Shown in pieces: positions 50,775-59,296 of a stretch of 64,000 bases of DNA. The notes beneath the pieces were generated by a model. That model saw only the letters and a program-made list of their open reading frames with translations, did not search any database and was not told the origin of the DNA. Origin of the DNA: a virus. Its lineage: Duplodnaviria > Caudoviricetes. Position 1 is the stretch's first letter. Each line of letters begins with the position of its first letter. The position numbers and the translations under genes were made by a program. The stretch is taken from the IMG/VR virus record IMGVR_UViG_3300008262_000001; one strand, given 5' to 3'.

Positions 50775-51512
50775 ATGAAAAATATACTCCATTTTGATAA
50801 GTTTGTAAACGAGGGCTTTAAAGAAGGCGCAAGAAAATTTTTATATGGCCACGAAACCCAAGAAAAAGAGCAAATGGCTGAGCAAGATTTTATGAAGGCT
50901 TTAGACCAATTAGAGGTTTTGGTAAATGCTCAACCCGATAGATATTTCAATGGCTACAATTGGCCAGCAATGAAAACATCATTAATGAATCAAGCTGCTG
51001 AAAACAGATTCAGAGGTGGTATAGATGTTAGACCTAGCATGAACAGTGATAAACTATTTATTGTTTACAAAGAAGGTTTAAGTGGATTACAAATGTTGGC
51101 AGTAGCAGCAGCTGGTGCTATGCAATCTTATCAGTCAAAAGCTCAGTACGAGAATAAGAATGGAGGTGTAAAAGAAGGTTTTATGTCAGGTGCAAGAAAA
51201 TTTGTCACTGGATATGAAACTAAGGAAGAGGAAATGAAAGCTCAAACTGAATTCATGGAAAACTTAGAAGCAGTTGAAGCTTTAGTAATGGCTAATCCTT
51301 CTGAGTATTTTGCAGGAGAAAATTGGCCAAAATACAAAATGGATTTAATGGATCAAGCTAAGGAAAATAAATTCAGAGGAGGATTACAAGTAGGTTACTC
51401 AGCAAGTGGTAATTCTGACAAACAGTTCGTCATTTACAAGCCTGGTTTAACTGGTTTAGAAATCATTGCTCAAGGTGCAGCAGAAAGAACTGCAAATCCG
51501 TTGGGAAAATAA
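50775..51512 (+). CDS. Putative head-packaged protein made of two tandem ~110 aa homologous domains
   Basis: FDKFVNEGF start; repeats EGF..GARKF...W......L..QA.EN.FRGG...SDK.F..YK.GL.GL. Confidence 0.65.
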   Translation: MKNILHFDKFVNEGFKEGARKFLYGHETQEKEQMAEQDFMKALDQLEVLVNAQPDRYFNGYNWPAMKTSLMNQAAENRFRGGIDVRPSMNSDKLFIVYKEGLSGLQMLAVAAAGAMQSYQSKAQYENKNGGVKEGFMSGARKFVTGYETKEEEMKAQTEFMENLEAVEALVMANPSEYFAGENWPKYKMDLMDQAKENKFRGGLQVGYSASGNSDKQFVIYKPGLTGLEIIAQGAAERTANPLGK

Positions 51513-51530
51513 AATATTTACAAAATTTCG

Positions 51531-51556
51531 AAAGGCATCTTAGGATGCCTTTTTTT
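51531..51556. terminator. Bidirectional terminator
   Basis: AAAGGCATC-TTAG-GATGCCTTTTTTT. Confidence 0.85.
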
Positions 51557-51995
51557 ATGCACCTTCTAAAATTTTTCTATCAATTTCAGTCAAAGATTGT
51601 TCACCCTGCTCATTTATCTTGTCTAAGATATTGTCAACTGAAAGATTTTGAAGAAGAAAATCATTTAATAATCTTCTGTTGTTTGGATCCGAAAACACAA
51701 CATCGAATGCTTTTGATTTTTCTTTTGAAAGAAGAACGTTTTCGGTTATGTCTCTCACTTCACAAAGCACTTTTAAATCCTTCAACTTTTGAATCAGTGG
51801 ATTACATTTATCAGCGGGAAGAAATGAAAAGATTGCTTCCTGATTTAATCCCTCTATTTCATCAATCGCCAGCAAATTCATGTCATCTAAAGTGTATTCA
51901 GCTTCCATGAAATAATCGTGGATAGATTGAGTTATTTTTTTATTCTCTTCTTCCGAAAGAGGTTTATCGATGAGGATGAATTTTATATTTTCCAT
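51555..51995 (-). CDS. Hypothetical protein
   Basis: C-terminal VDNILDKINEQGEQSLTEIDRKIL motif. Confidence 0.55.
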   Translation of the reverse strand: MENIKFILIDKPLSEEENKKITQSIHDYFMEAEYTLDDMNLLAIDEIEGLNQEAIFSFLPADKCNPLIQKLKDLKVLCEVRDITENVLLSKEKSKAFDVVFSDPNNRRLLNDFLLQNLSVDNILDKINEQGEQSLTEIDRKILEGA

Positions 51996-52055
51996 ACTGT
52001 AAATATATGGATTTATCTATAATAAAAAAATTATTTCCAATTTTTGTACAAAAAT

Positions 52056-52541
52056 TCAGACAAGATAGCAAAGCCAATTTTCATTGACTTTTGCAAAATT
52101 CCTCATGAAGTAGTTGTAAGCTGGTTTGAATGGAATCTGTCTCAGTTTCATTCCTGCTTCATCCGGTGTTCGATCACCTTTAAAACAATTACACTTTGTA
52201 CAACATGTGCCCATGTTTTCCCAAGTGTTAGATCCTCCTCTTGATTTAGGAAGAATATGATCAATGGTTAGATCTCTTTTTGCACCACAATATAAACACA
52301 TAAAGCCGTCCCTTTTAAATATGTTGTCTCTTGAAGGATTGAATTTTTTAAAGGGCAATACAACATATTTCAGAAGTCTAATTACTGAAGGTCTCTTATA
52401 AACTTTTTTATCAGTGATTATTGGATTTTCTTCAATGTGCTCAATAATTTCAGCTTTGCCTTTGAATACAAGTTTGAATCCCCTAATCATATCTGTTATA
52501 CTTACTGGAGTATAATCATTATTCAAGACAAGAACTTGCAT
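52056..52541 (-). CDS. HNH endonuclease (McrA/HNH_5-like)
   Basis: VLVLNNDY.P, NIFKRDGFMCLYCG, TIDHILPKSRGG..TWEN..CCTKCN..KG. Confidence 0.88.
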   Translation of the reverse strand: MQVLVLNNDYTPVSITDMIRGFKLVFKGKAEIIEHIEENPIITDKKVYKRPSVIRLLKYVVLPFKKFNPSRDNIFKRDGFMCLYCGAKRDLTIDHILPKSRGGSNTWENMGTCCTKCNCFKGDRTPDEAGMKLRQIPFKPAYNYFMRNFAKVNENWLCYLV

Positions 52542-52644
52542 GATAATTTTAGTTTTTGTTCTTGGACTAGTTTCAAGTATTTATCCTTTGTGAGGGTCAA
52601 CGAAATAATAAACTTTGAGGAATATATAAAAGAAAAAAGACGAG

Positions 52645-54030
52645 ATGGTATCTAAAAAGGTGTTTAGTTTTATAGAATTCGTAAACGAAAACTACAACAA
52701 TCAAGACTTACTAAATGAAGAAAAAGAAGCATATGTCCCTTCAAAAGAGGATATAATGAAGATTTTGGAAATTCAGCAAAAAATTGGACAAAACTATAAG
52801 AAGGTTAAGGGAGAAAAACAGTTTGAAAAAGGAGGTAAAACAAACAAACAAGTTTGGGCATCATTAGATGTTTTCAATTCATTAGATGCCACTTTACAAG
52901 AATCTGCAATTAAAGATATTCAAAAAGCTTTTGGTAAAAAAAGCATAAGTCAAAAGACTTTTGAATCAGTTCTCAAAATGTTCGAAGAATCTGCAAATGG
53001 AGGGTCAATTTCCTACACAGTAAAATACTCAGGTAACAACCAAAGTATCTATGCAATTGTTACAAAGCAAACTATCGAAAAGGAAGAGCCTTCCAAAAAA
53101 ACAGAAACTAAACCCCCGGTTGAATCAGAAAAAATAGTCCTGATAGATCCTTTGAAAACTTCTTATTTTTTCAAAAACAACATGTACGAAATTAAGGAAG
53201 ATAATCTAGGGGAAACATTTGTTGATGTTGAATACACAAAACAGGTTTTAGATTTGATAGACGAAAAAATAGCCGAAGGCTACCAATCTTACCAAATAGA
53301 TAAAGCTGGAGGGATCACAAAAATTTCTATAAGTGCTTCATGCTCAAGATACAGAAACAGAGGTATTTCAGAATCTCTATCGTGGGCAGAATTAGCTTAC
53401 AAAAGAGTTGGTATCTTTTCTAAGTATATCAAAGCCTCGGCTGAGAAGATATCGGAAAATGACAAAGAATTTGTTGATAAGATTTTATCAGTAATTGAAC
53501 TGGAATATTTTGGGTCTAACGGAGATGGAACATCAGGACCAGATCCAAATAAAGATGACAAAGGTGCATCAGTAAGAAAAGGATATTACATCCAAAAAGG
53601 TAACAAAGCTGAATTTGTTGACTCTAAAGGTACAGACCTAACTATGATTAATGTTGTAGATGTAACTACTGGAGAAAATGCAATTCCTGTGCTAGGAGAA
53701 AAACCTAAACAAGTTAAAGCAAAAAATGTTGATGGAACTGATATAGATAAAGCTCCGGCAAATCCTAAAGATTACGATCCATTCAGATATTTCCAAATAG
53801 AAATGGAGGGTCAATTTGTTAAGACAAAAGAAACAGAAACCCTTCCTGAAGAAGAACCACCTGTAATTACTGTTACTGAGAAATATAAAATTGCTATTTC
53901 TTTTCCAGTAAAAATTAAGAATAGCTCATTCATTAAATTACCAAGAAGATCTAAAAATAAAACTAAAACTTACAGTCCTCCCAAAGGAGGTGGAAAAAGA
54001 AGAGCAGTTCCTTGCCCTATATGGGATTAA
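52645..54030 (+). CDS. Putative head-packaged protein, possibly with a divergent OmpA-like domain
   Basis: FSFIEFVNE start; late promoter; own terminator; FFKNN...ISISASCS...ELAYKR...RYFQIE pattern. Confidence 0.55.
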   Translation: MVSKKVFSFIEFVNENYNNQDLLNEEKEAYVPSKEDIMKILEIQQKIGQNYKKVKGEKQFEKGGKTNKQVWASLDVFNSLDATLQESAIKDIQKAFGKKSISQKTFESVLKMFEESANGGSISYTVKYSGNNQSIYAIVTKQTIEKEEPSKKTETKPPVESEKIVLIDPLKTSYFFKNNMYEIKEDNLGETFVDVEYTKQVLDLIDEKIAEGYQSYQIDKAGGITKISISASCSRYRNRGISESLSWAELAYKRVGIFSKYIKASAEKISENDKEFVDKILSVIELEYFGSNGDGTSGPDPNKDDKGASVRKGYYIQKGNKAEFVDSKGTDLTMINVVDVTTGENAIPVLGEKPKQVKAKNVDGTDIDKAPANPKDYDPFRYFQIEMEGQFVKTKETETLPEEEPPVITVTEKYKIAISFPVKIKNSSFIKLPRRSKNKTKTYSPPKGGGKRRAVPCPIWD

Positions 54031-54046
54031 ATAAATTAAGATTTAT

Positions 54047-54070
54047 AAAAAAGCCCTTAGGGGCTTTTTT
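54047..54070. terminator. Bidirectional terminator
   Basis: AAAAAAGCCC-TTAG-GGGCTTTTTT. Confidence 0.85.
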
Positions 54071-54690
54071 TATTGATTAGGATCCTGAATAAAGACAGTA
54101 ACATTAAATGTGTTGCAAACGATGCGAAGAAAACCCTGATCTATTTGCTTTTGGGTCAAATCCTTTGTAGTTTTATAAAACACCATGGTTGTATAGGATC
54201 CAATGTATCCATATTTTTTATCGGTTGCTATAGACCAATGTGAAGGAGAATTACGATAGGAAGCTAATACATTTTTGTAAGAAAATTCAGGATCAACTAT
54301 TTCTTCCCAATTGGTACCTTTTTGATACTTTGGATTAATGATAGTATATGTGGTTTCAACGTTACAAATTTCTGAAGTTTGTCCATTGAATCCAGAACGA
54401 TCACTAGGTTTTACTTTTTCGACAAAATTTGGATAATCTACATATTCTCTATGTGTGAGAGAGTCTGTGTGGATGTAATGAAATATAAGATATTGAGCAT
54501 GGTGCTTGGCTGCAGAATCCAGCACTGAAAGCCTTTTCAACGAATTTGGATTACTCTTGTCAAACCCGGTAACTAAAGAATCTGTCGATTTAAATAAACA
54601 TTTTATTTCTAAAATTTCAACACCTCTTGGCATCTGGGCATTACAAACTACAGATAAAATAAGGAAGGAAAGGGCTAGTATGTTTTTCAT
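54070..54690 (-). CDS. Secreted CAP/SCP-like protein
   Basis: Signal peptide MKNILALSFLILSVVCNA; LDSAAKHHAQYL, EIC, YRNSPSHW. Confidence 0.55.
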   Translation of the reverse strand: MKNILALSFLILSVVCNAQMPRGVEILEIKCLFKSTDSLVTGFDKSNPNSLKRLSVLDSAAKHHAQYLIFHYIHTDSLTHREYVDYPNFVEKVKPSDRSGFNGQTSEICNVETTYTIINPKYQKGTNWEEIVDPEFSYKNVLASYRNSPSHWSIATDKKYGYIGSYTTMVFYKTTKDLTQKQIDQGFLRIVCNTFNVTVFIQDPNQ

Positions 54691-54754
54691 AATCTCCTTG
54701 TTTGATAAAGTAAATGTAGAAGATTCTAGCTAAGATAAAAAATATTTCCTCGTT

Positions 54755-55324
54755 TTATTTTAAAAACCGAAGAATTTTTTCTTTAATACCCACCTGCTTG
54801 ATTCCTTCATTTCCCCTTGGAGTATGGACAAAATTTTCTAATCCCCATTCGTGGATAAATTCCATCGAATAAGATTTGACAATCTTACCCATATTGAGAT
54901 CGTCCACTGCAACCCAATTGGTTACTTCAGGATGGCTTTCAAGCCAGGTCATAATTTCCAAGCTTCTTGTGCCCTCAGAATCCCAGTCTCTGTGCCAAGT
55001 AGCTTTAGCTGGATCAATTATGTTTCCGGTGAAAGCAATGGGTTTTTTTATAATTCCCTGCATTTCATAATACAATCCCATTTCTTCAAGATTACAGAAG
55101 TGCTGCCAATCTGAACTCACGACTATTTCAGCATCTGTTTCTAAAAGGATTTTATTTAGAACACCAATTGCTTTTTTGTTGAAATTATCAAATCTGAATT
55201 CAACTGGTACACTCCTTTCTCCACCTGGATTTGGATTAGAGTAAGCTTTAGTTTTTTTCAATCTACTTCCCCATTCTGATGACAAACAGATAACACCATC
55301 ATGGTCTAAAAACAGAATTTTCAT
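54755..55324 (-). CDS. HAD-family phosphatase (HAD_SAK_2, RNA-repair-associated type)
   Basis: ILFLDHDGVI, IVVSSDW, EIMTWL, WVAVDDL. Start moved to 55324, directly after TATATTTG. Confidence 0.75.
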   Translation of the reverse strand: MKILFLDHDGVICLSSEWGSRLKKTKAYSNPNPGGERSVPVEFRFDNFNKKAIGVLNKILLETDAEIVVSSDWQHFCNLEEMGLYYEMQGIIKKPIAFTGNIIDPAKATWHRDWDSEGTRSLEIMTWLESHPEVTNWVAVDDLNMGKIVKSYSMEFIHEWGLENFVHTPRGNEGIKQVGIKEKILRFLK

Positions 55325-55382
55325 AATACAAATATAAAAAAATAGCACCGAAAGGATATATATTTTACTAAAAAAATCATCA

Positions 55383-56786
55383 ATGGAAAAAAACATTCTC
55401 AGATTTAGTAGCTACTTGGAAACACTTAGCGGAACAATCAATGAAAGCGAAACTTCAATCAAAACAATTTCACAAATAATCTCTGCTTACACTAAACTTT
55501 ATATGTTTCTCGTTTCAAAGTCTCCTAATTACAAAGATGTAGTTACTGATTTGATTGAGGTTAACGAAGAAAAAGACCCAGCTAAAAGAGGTGAGAAAAT
55601 GGCCGCTATGCTTAACAAGGTAGCTGAAACTGTTGATGCTAAGTATGCAGATGTTAAAACTGGTATTAAAGATCTTGCTAAGAAAATTGGGGATTTATTT
55701 ACTTCAGTTGCATCAAGTGAAGATGCTAAGAGTAAGAAAGAGGTAATAGACACAGCAATAGCTACACAAATATTCGGATATAGAGATATTGCTAAAAAAG
55801 AAGGAACTAACGAAAATATTCAAGGATTAGGTAAAAACCACGTTCAAATGTTTGAGCAGTTCACTTACCCTCTTCTATTCGAAAAGAAAACATTTGAAGA
55901 TGAAAGAGAGGATTTGGTTCAACAAATGAAGCCAACCTACACTGAAATGCAGCTTCAGAAAACTAATCCTAGTACAGAAACACTTAAAGCTAAAGCTGAA
56001 GAAGTGGTAAAAAGATTTGATGAAATTACCAAGCTTCTGAAAACTGAAGAAGAGTGGGAAAAAATGAAAAACAAAAAAGCTAGAAAAGAAAAGATTAAGG
56101 AACTGGGTGAAGAAATAGCTAAAACATCTGAAGAGGTTAGTAAAATACAAAAAGATGAGCTTTTCAAAATTGGTATTGAAAAGAAAACCGCTGAAGACTT
56201 ATCTAGCGTGATAACTGGAATAGCAGAACTTGAGAAAAAAGCTAAAGTCGTTGATGATGCAGTTTTAGCTAAAGCAGGAAGAGACACATTTCATTCTTCT
56301 CTAAAAGTTGGTGATACAGTTAAATACAAAAAAGATGATGGAACTGAAGCTGAGGGGGAAATCAGTAAAATAGTAGGTATAGGAGACGAGGCTAAATACA
56401 CCTTTAAAGATAAGGAAGGAAATCTTTTTGCTAAAACAGGGGATCAGATTATCTCAAAGGTCGAAAAAACAGAAGACAAAAAAGAAGAAGAGAAAAAAGA
56501 GTCTACTTTAAAATTAGAAAAAACGATCAAAGCAACTGGATCTTCACCAACAGGTGAAAATCTAGAACTAACCAAAAAGGTTTTCTCTTTGATATATGAT
56601 AAATTTACTGATAATAAAGAAATATCAGCTATGGAAGAATGGAAAAAATCCAACTTCGGCAAAACTAGTAAATTCTTCATAGGACCAAGCAGAACAGCAG
56701 TCATTAAAGCTATCAAGAAAGAGTATGGTTTAGAAGCAAAAAATGGAGATATCACCCCAGAATTGGTTCAAAAACTATCAGCATAA
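55383..56786 (+). CDS. Putative head-packaged coiled-coil protein with a KOW-like segment and possible C-terminal peptidoglycan-binding motif
   Basis: FSSYLE..INE start; LKVGDTVKY; FIGPSRTAVIKAIKKEYGL..NGDITPELVQKL; late promoter and terminator. Confidence 0.55.
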   Translation: MEKNILRFSSYLETLSGTINESETSIKTISQIISAYTKLYMFLVSKSPNYKDVVTDLIEVNEEKDPAKRGEKMAAMLNKVAETVDAKYADVKTGIKDLAKKIGDLFTSVASSEDAKSKKEVIDTAIATQIFGYRDIAKKEGTNENIQGLGKNHVQMFEQFTYPLLFEKKTFEDEREDLVQQMKPTYTEMQLQKTNPSTETLKAKAEEVVKRFDEITKLLKTEEEWEKMKNKKARKEKIKELGEEIAKTSEEVSKIQKDELFKIGIEKKTAEDLSSVITGIAELEKKAKVVDDAVLAKAGRDTFHSSLKVGDTVKYKKDDGTEAEGEISKIVGIGDEAKYTFKDKEGNLFAKTGDQIISKVEKTEDKKEEEKKESTLKLEKTIKATGSSPTGENLELTKKVFSLIYDKFTDNKEISAMEEWKKSNFGKTSKFFIGPSRTAVIKAIKKEYGLEAKNGDITPELVQKLSA

Positions 56787-56803
56787 CAAAAAATACAATA
56801 TTT

Positions 56804-56830
56804 AAAAGGGATAAATTCTATCCCTTTTTT
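56804..56830 (+). terminator. Intrinsic terminator
   Basis: AAAAGGGATA-AATTC-TATCCCTTTTTT. Confidence 0.8.
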
Positions 56831-56887
56831 TGTGACCTGTGATTACATATTCGTCACAATCAGATATATAAAACATCTAATTAATCA

Positions 56888-57172
56888 ATGAAACACATAA
56901 GAAAATTTGGAAATTTTGGAACCAAGATTAACGAGGGGTTCTGGAATAGTATTTTCGGAAATCCTACTATTGATGATGCTGCACAAGACTCAATGAAGGG
57001 CCAAGGATGGAGTCACAGAGGAAAAGAAGAGGATGAACAAAATTATATTATGTTCCAAGGACAGAAATTCTATCCTGACCAAATAGAATATGATGATGCT
57101 TACTCAACTAAGCCTATTCCTAGAATTGAGAACGGAAAGCTAATTGTAGCTAATCCTTCTTGGAATATGTAA
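56888..57172 (+). CDS. Small putative internal head protein
   Basis: MKHIRKFGNFGTKINEGF start; GATATATA at 56863-56870. Confidence 0.6.
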   Translation: MKHIRKFGNFGTKINEGFWNSIFGNPTIDDAAQDSMKGQGWSHRGKEEDEQNYIMFQGQKFYPDQIEYDDAYSTKPIPRIENGKLIVANPSWNM

Positions 57173-57178
57173 AGGAAG

Positions 57179-57262
57179 TACCCGGGACGGGAATCGAACC
57201 CGTACAACCAAATGGTTACAGCATTTTAAGTGCTGCGTGACTACCAATTCCACCACCCGGGC
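57179..57262 (-). tRNA. tRNA-Leu(UAA)
   Basis: GCCCGGG acceptor; anticodon arm CAGCA-CTTAAAA-TGCTG; long variable arm; GGTTCGATT T-loop. Confidence 0.95.
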
Positions 57263-57265
57263 AAA

Positions 57266-57341
57266 TGGTCGAGACAATGAGACTTGAACTCATAGCCTTG
57301 ATCGTATAAGGATCCTGCTCTTACCATTGAGCTATGTCTCG
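57266..57341 (-). tRNA. tRNA-Ile(UAU), CCA encoded
   Basis: CGAGACA/TGTCTCG acceptor; D arm GCTC-AATGGTAA-GAGC; GATC-CTTATAC-GATC anticodon arm; TTCAAGT T-loop; ACCA 3' end. Confidence 0.92.
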
Positions 57342-57353
57342 ATTTTAAAAATG

Positions 57354-57428
57354 TGTTCCCTGTAGGGATCGAACCTACGACCTACGGTTTATGAGACCGT
57401 TGCTACTAACCAACTGAGCTAAGGGAAC
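57354..57428 (-). tRNA. tRNA with CAU anticodon (elongator Met or lysidine-modified Ile2)
   Basis: GTTCCCT/AGGGAAC acceptor; ACGGT-CTCATAA-ACCGT; lacks initiator features (no three G-C pairs, no C1:A72). Confidence 0.9.
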
Positions 57429-57429
57429 T

Positions 57430-58080
57430 TTATGATAAATATTTTGTGGGAATTTCATATATTCCTCTTCTTATCTGTTCAATCTCCTCTTTTTTGATTA
57501 TTATAAGATTATTTACGCATTTCCACTTTTCTCTATCACGATCTCTTTCATAGCCTTTTACCTCGATATAAGCATCAATTTTTGGCAAATAAAAATCAGG
57601 AAAATAGTAATGAATATTCCCTATCCAAAAATAGTCGAATGGTTTTGTAATTTTATTTGTCCATTGTATTTCATGAATGTCGAGCCATTTTGCTACATCT
57701 AGCTCCCATTTTCCTTTAAGCTTAAATCCCTTATATTCAAAAATTTTAGTTCTACCTGAAACGTTATTAGCTGAATAAGAGTGTGGGTTTTCAAGAACTG
57801 TTTTTTTCATTTTTTCTGAATGCTTTTTTTTCCTTTCAAGTGTCCATTTTTCACCCTTTTTAGAGTCTGATATTTTTTTTCTGGTTTCTTGGGCTAATAA
57901 AGGAAATGAGAGCCCCATTTCTTTAGATTTTATATATTGATTGGAAGCATTAGATTTTTTTCCAAACATTGGGTTATTTTCTCCAGCTTTACTCTTTCTT
58001 TCTGGATTCATTTTGCAATAAGACTCGTGATTTTTTAATCCAAATATATTTTTATCTTCTTTACAATATTTACAATTCAT
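57430..58080 (-). mobile_element. Free-standing homing endonuclease inside the tRNA operon (NUMOD3-like repeats plus PD-(D/E)xK domain)
   Basis: GENNPMFGK, ETRKKISDSKKG, YFPDFYLP..DAYIEVKG. Confidence 0.75.
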
Positions 58081-58100
58081 ACTAAACTATATATAAAAAG

Positions 58101-58172
58101 TACCCCTGGCGGGAATCGAACCCACATTTTGAGATTAGAAGTCACATGTTCTATCCGTTGAACTACGGGGGC
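58101..58172 (-). tRNA. tRNA-Arg(UCU)
   Basis: GCCCCCG acceptor; TGTGA-CTTCTAA-TCTCA anticodon arm; GGTTCGATT T-loop. Confidence 0.93.
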
Positions 58173-58202
58173 TTAAATTATTTTACCACTACTTCAAAGA
58201 AC

Positions 58203-58232
58203 AAAAAAACCGGAACTTTTAAAGGTCCCGGT
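58203..58232 (-). terminator. Intrinsic terminator upstream of the tRNA operon (candidate attenuator)
   Basis: ACCGGGAC-CTTTAAAA-GTTCCGGT followed by a U-tract, 30 nt before tRNA-Arg. Confidence 0.8.
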
Positions 58233-58272
58233 TTTTGATATATTTAAGATGGAATATCAAAATTAGGACCTT

Positions 58273-58332
58273 TTAAAATCGTCTTATGAACGACCTTAAT
58301 ATTAGCCTTAATGAAATTGATTTTCCTATCAT
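58273..58332 (-). CDS. 19-aa leader peptide MIGKSISLRLILRSFIRRF (candidate attenuation peptide)
   Basis: ATG ATA GGA AAA TCA ATT TCA TTA AGG CTA ATA TTA AGG TCG TTC ATA AGA CGA TTT TAA; A-rich start context; promoter ~35 nt upstream. Confidence 0.65.
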   Translation of the reverse strand: MIGKSISLRLILRSFIRRF

Positions 58333-58367
58333 TTGTGTTTTATACCTTTGTGAATGCTTTTGTTTCA

Positions 58368-58375
58368 CAAAGATA
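58368..58375 (-). promoter_or_regulatory. Bacteroidota-type -7 element TATCTTTG driving the leader peptide and tRNA operon
   Basis: Exact match to TAnnTTTG, correctly oriented. Confidence 0.65.
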
Positions 58376-58380
58376 ACAAA

Positions 58381-58677
58381 TTAAAGTACTGAAAAAAATA
58401 TTTTATGAAGTTCTTCGATGAAAATTTTAGTTGGTTTGCCTAAATAAGATGCAACATCTTCGGCTATTTCTTCATCTTCTGTATCACAGACAATATAAAA
58501 ATTAGCATCTTCCCTGATTGAGCTTCTGTTTAGGGCTAAATTGTCTAAATCTGATGCTGGATCATCCCAGAGATCTTCGTAGTCTGGTCTCTCAATTTCA
58601 TCTTCTTCAAAGTATGAGAAGATATCTTTCTCCTCATAGCTGAATTCATCGAATTCACAATAAATCTTGATTGCCAT
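58381..58677 (-). CDS. Hypothetical acidic protein
   Basis: ORF coupled to 58690-59034. Confidence 0.5.
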   Translation of the reverse strand: MAIKIYCEFDEFSYEEKDIFSYFEEDEIERPDYEDLWDDPASDLDNLALNRSSIREDANFYIVCDTEDEEIAEDVASYLGKPTKIFIEELHKIFFSVL

Positions 58678-58689
58678 AAAAATGCTTGA

Positions 58690-59034
58690 TTAAACTTCCT
58701 CGATTAGAACTTTCTTAAGATCGTATCCTGTTGGGATATCTGAAGATTTTTCGTAGTAACCAATAATTGAATACTGTTTTCCGTCTGAACTAGAATCTGG
58801 AACCATCTCCATTTTGCTAACCATTGATCCTCCAGTGTATTCTGGTTCTAATGCACCACCTATTTCGATTGTTGTAGGCATGCCTTCAGAATTTTCAAAA
58901 TTTACAAAGTAGTTTCCCTCGGTATAAGCATCACCTTGGGTGATGTCGGTAGATTCAGCTTCAAAGTGAACTGGAGTAGTTTCAACTGGCATGGTTTCAA
59001 AACCATAATCTTCGTATATTTTTAAATGCCTCAT
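58690..59034 (-). CDS. Small putative internal head protein
   Basis: MRHLKIYE start; GATATATA at 59045-59052. Confidence 0.55.
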   Translation of the reverse strand: MRHLKIYEDYGFETMPVETTPVHFEAESTDITQGDAYTEGNYFVNFENSEGMPTTIEIGGALEPEYTGGSMVSKMEMVPDSSSDGKQYSIIGYYEKSSDIPTGYDLKKVLIEEV

Positions 59035-59251
59035 CTTTTTTAATTATATATCTATTTATCTTCCCTGGCCAACGTAAACTTTTTTGTAATTCTTAGATTT
59101 TTTGTTTTTACTAGATTTACACTTAGAATGTATCCCTTTATTACATTTCTTTGCTTTCTTTCTGAATGTACTAGTGGATTCACTTTTCTTAGGTTTAGCC
59201 ATGTTTTGATAAGATTATTTAGTTTTGTCTACATATGTATCTTAGAGAAAC

Positions 59252-59276
59252 AAAAAATCCCGCCTGAGCGGGATTT
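59252..59276 (-). terminator. Terminator downstream of Ro60
   Basis: AAATCCCGC-CTGA-GCGGGATTT with an A-run on the plus strand. Confidence 0.8.
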
Positions 59277-59296
59277 GGTTGATATGGCACAAAAAC

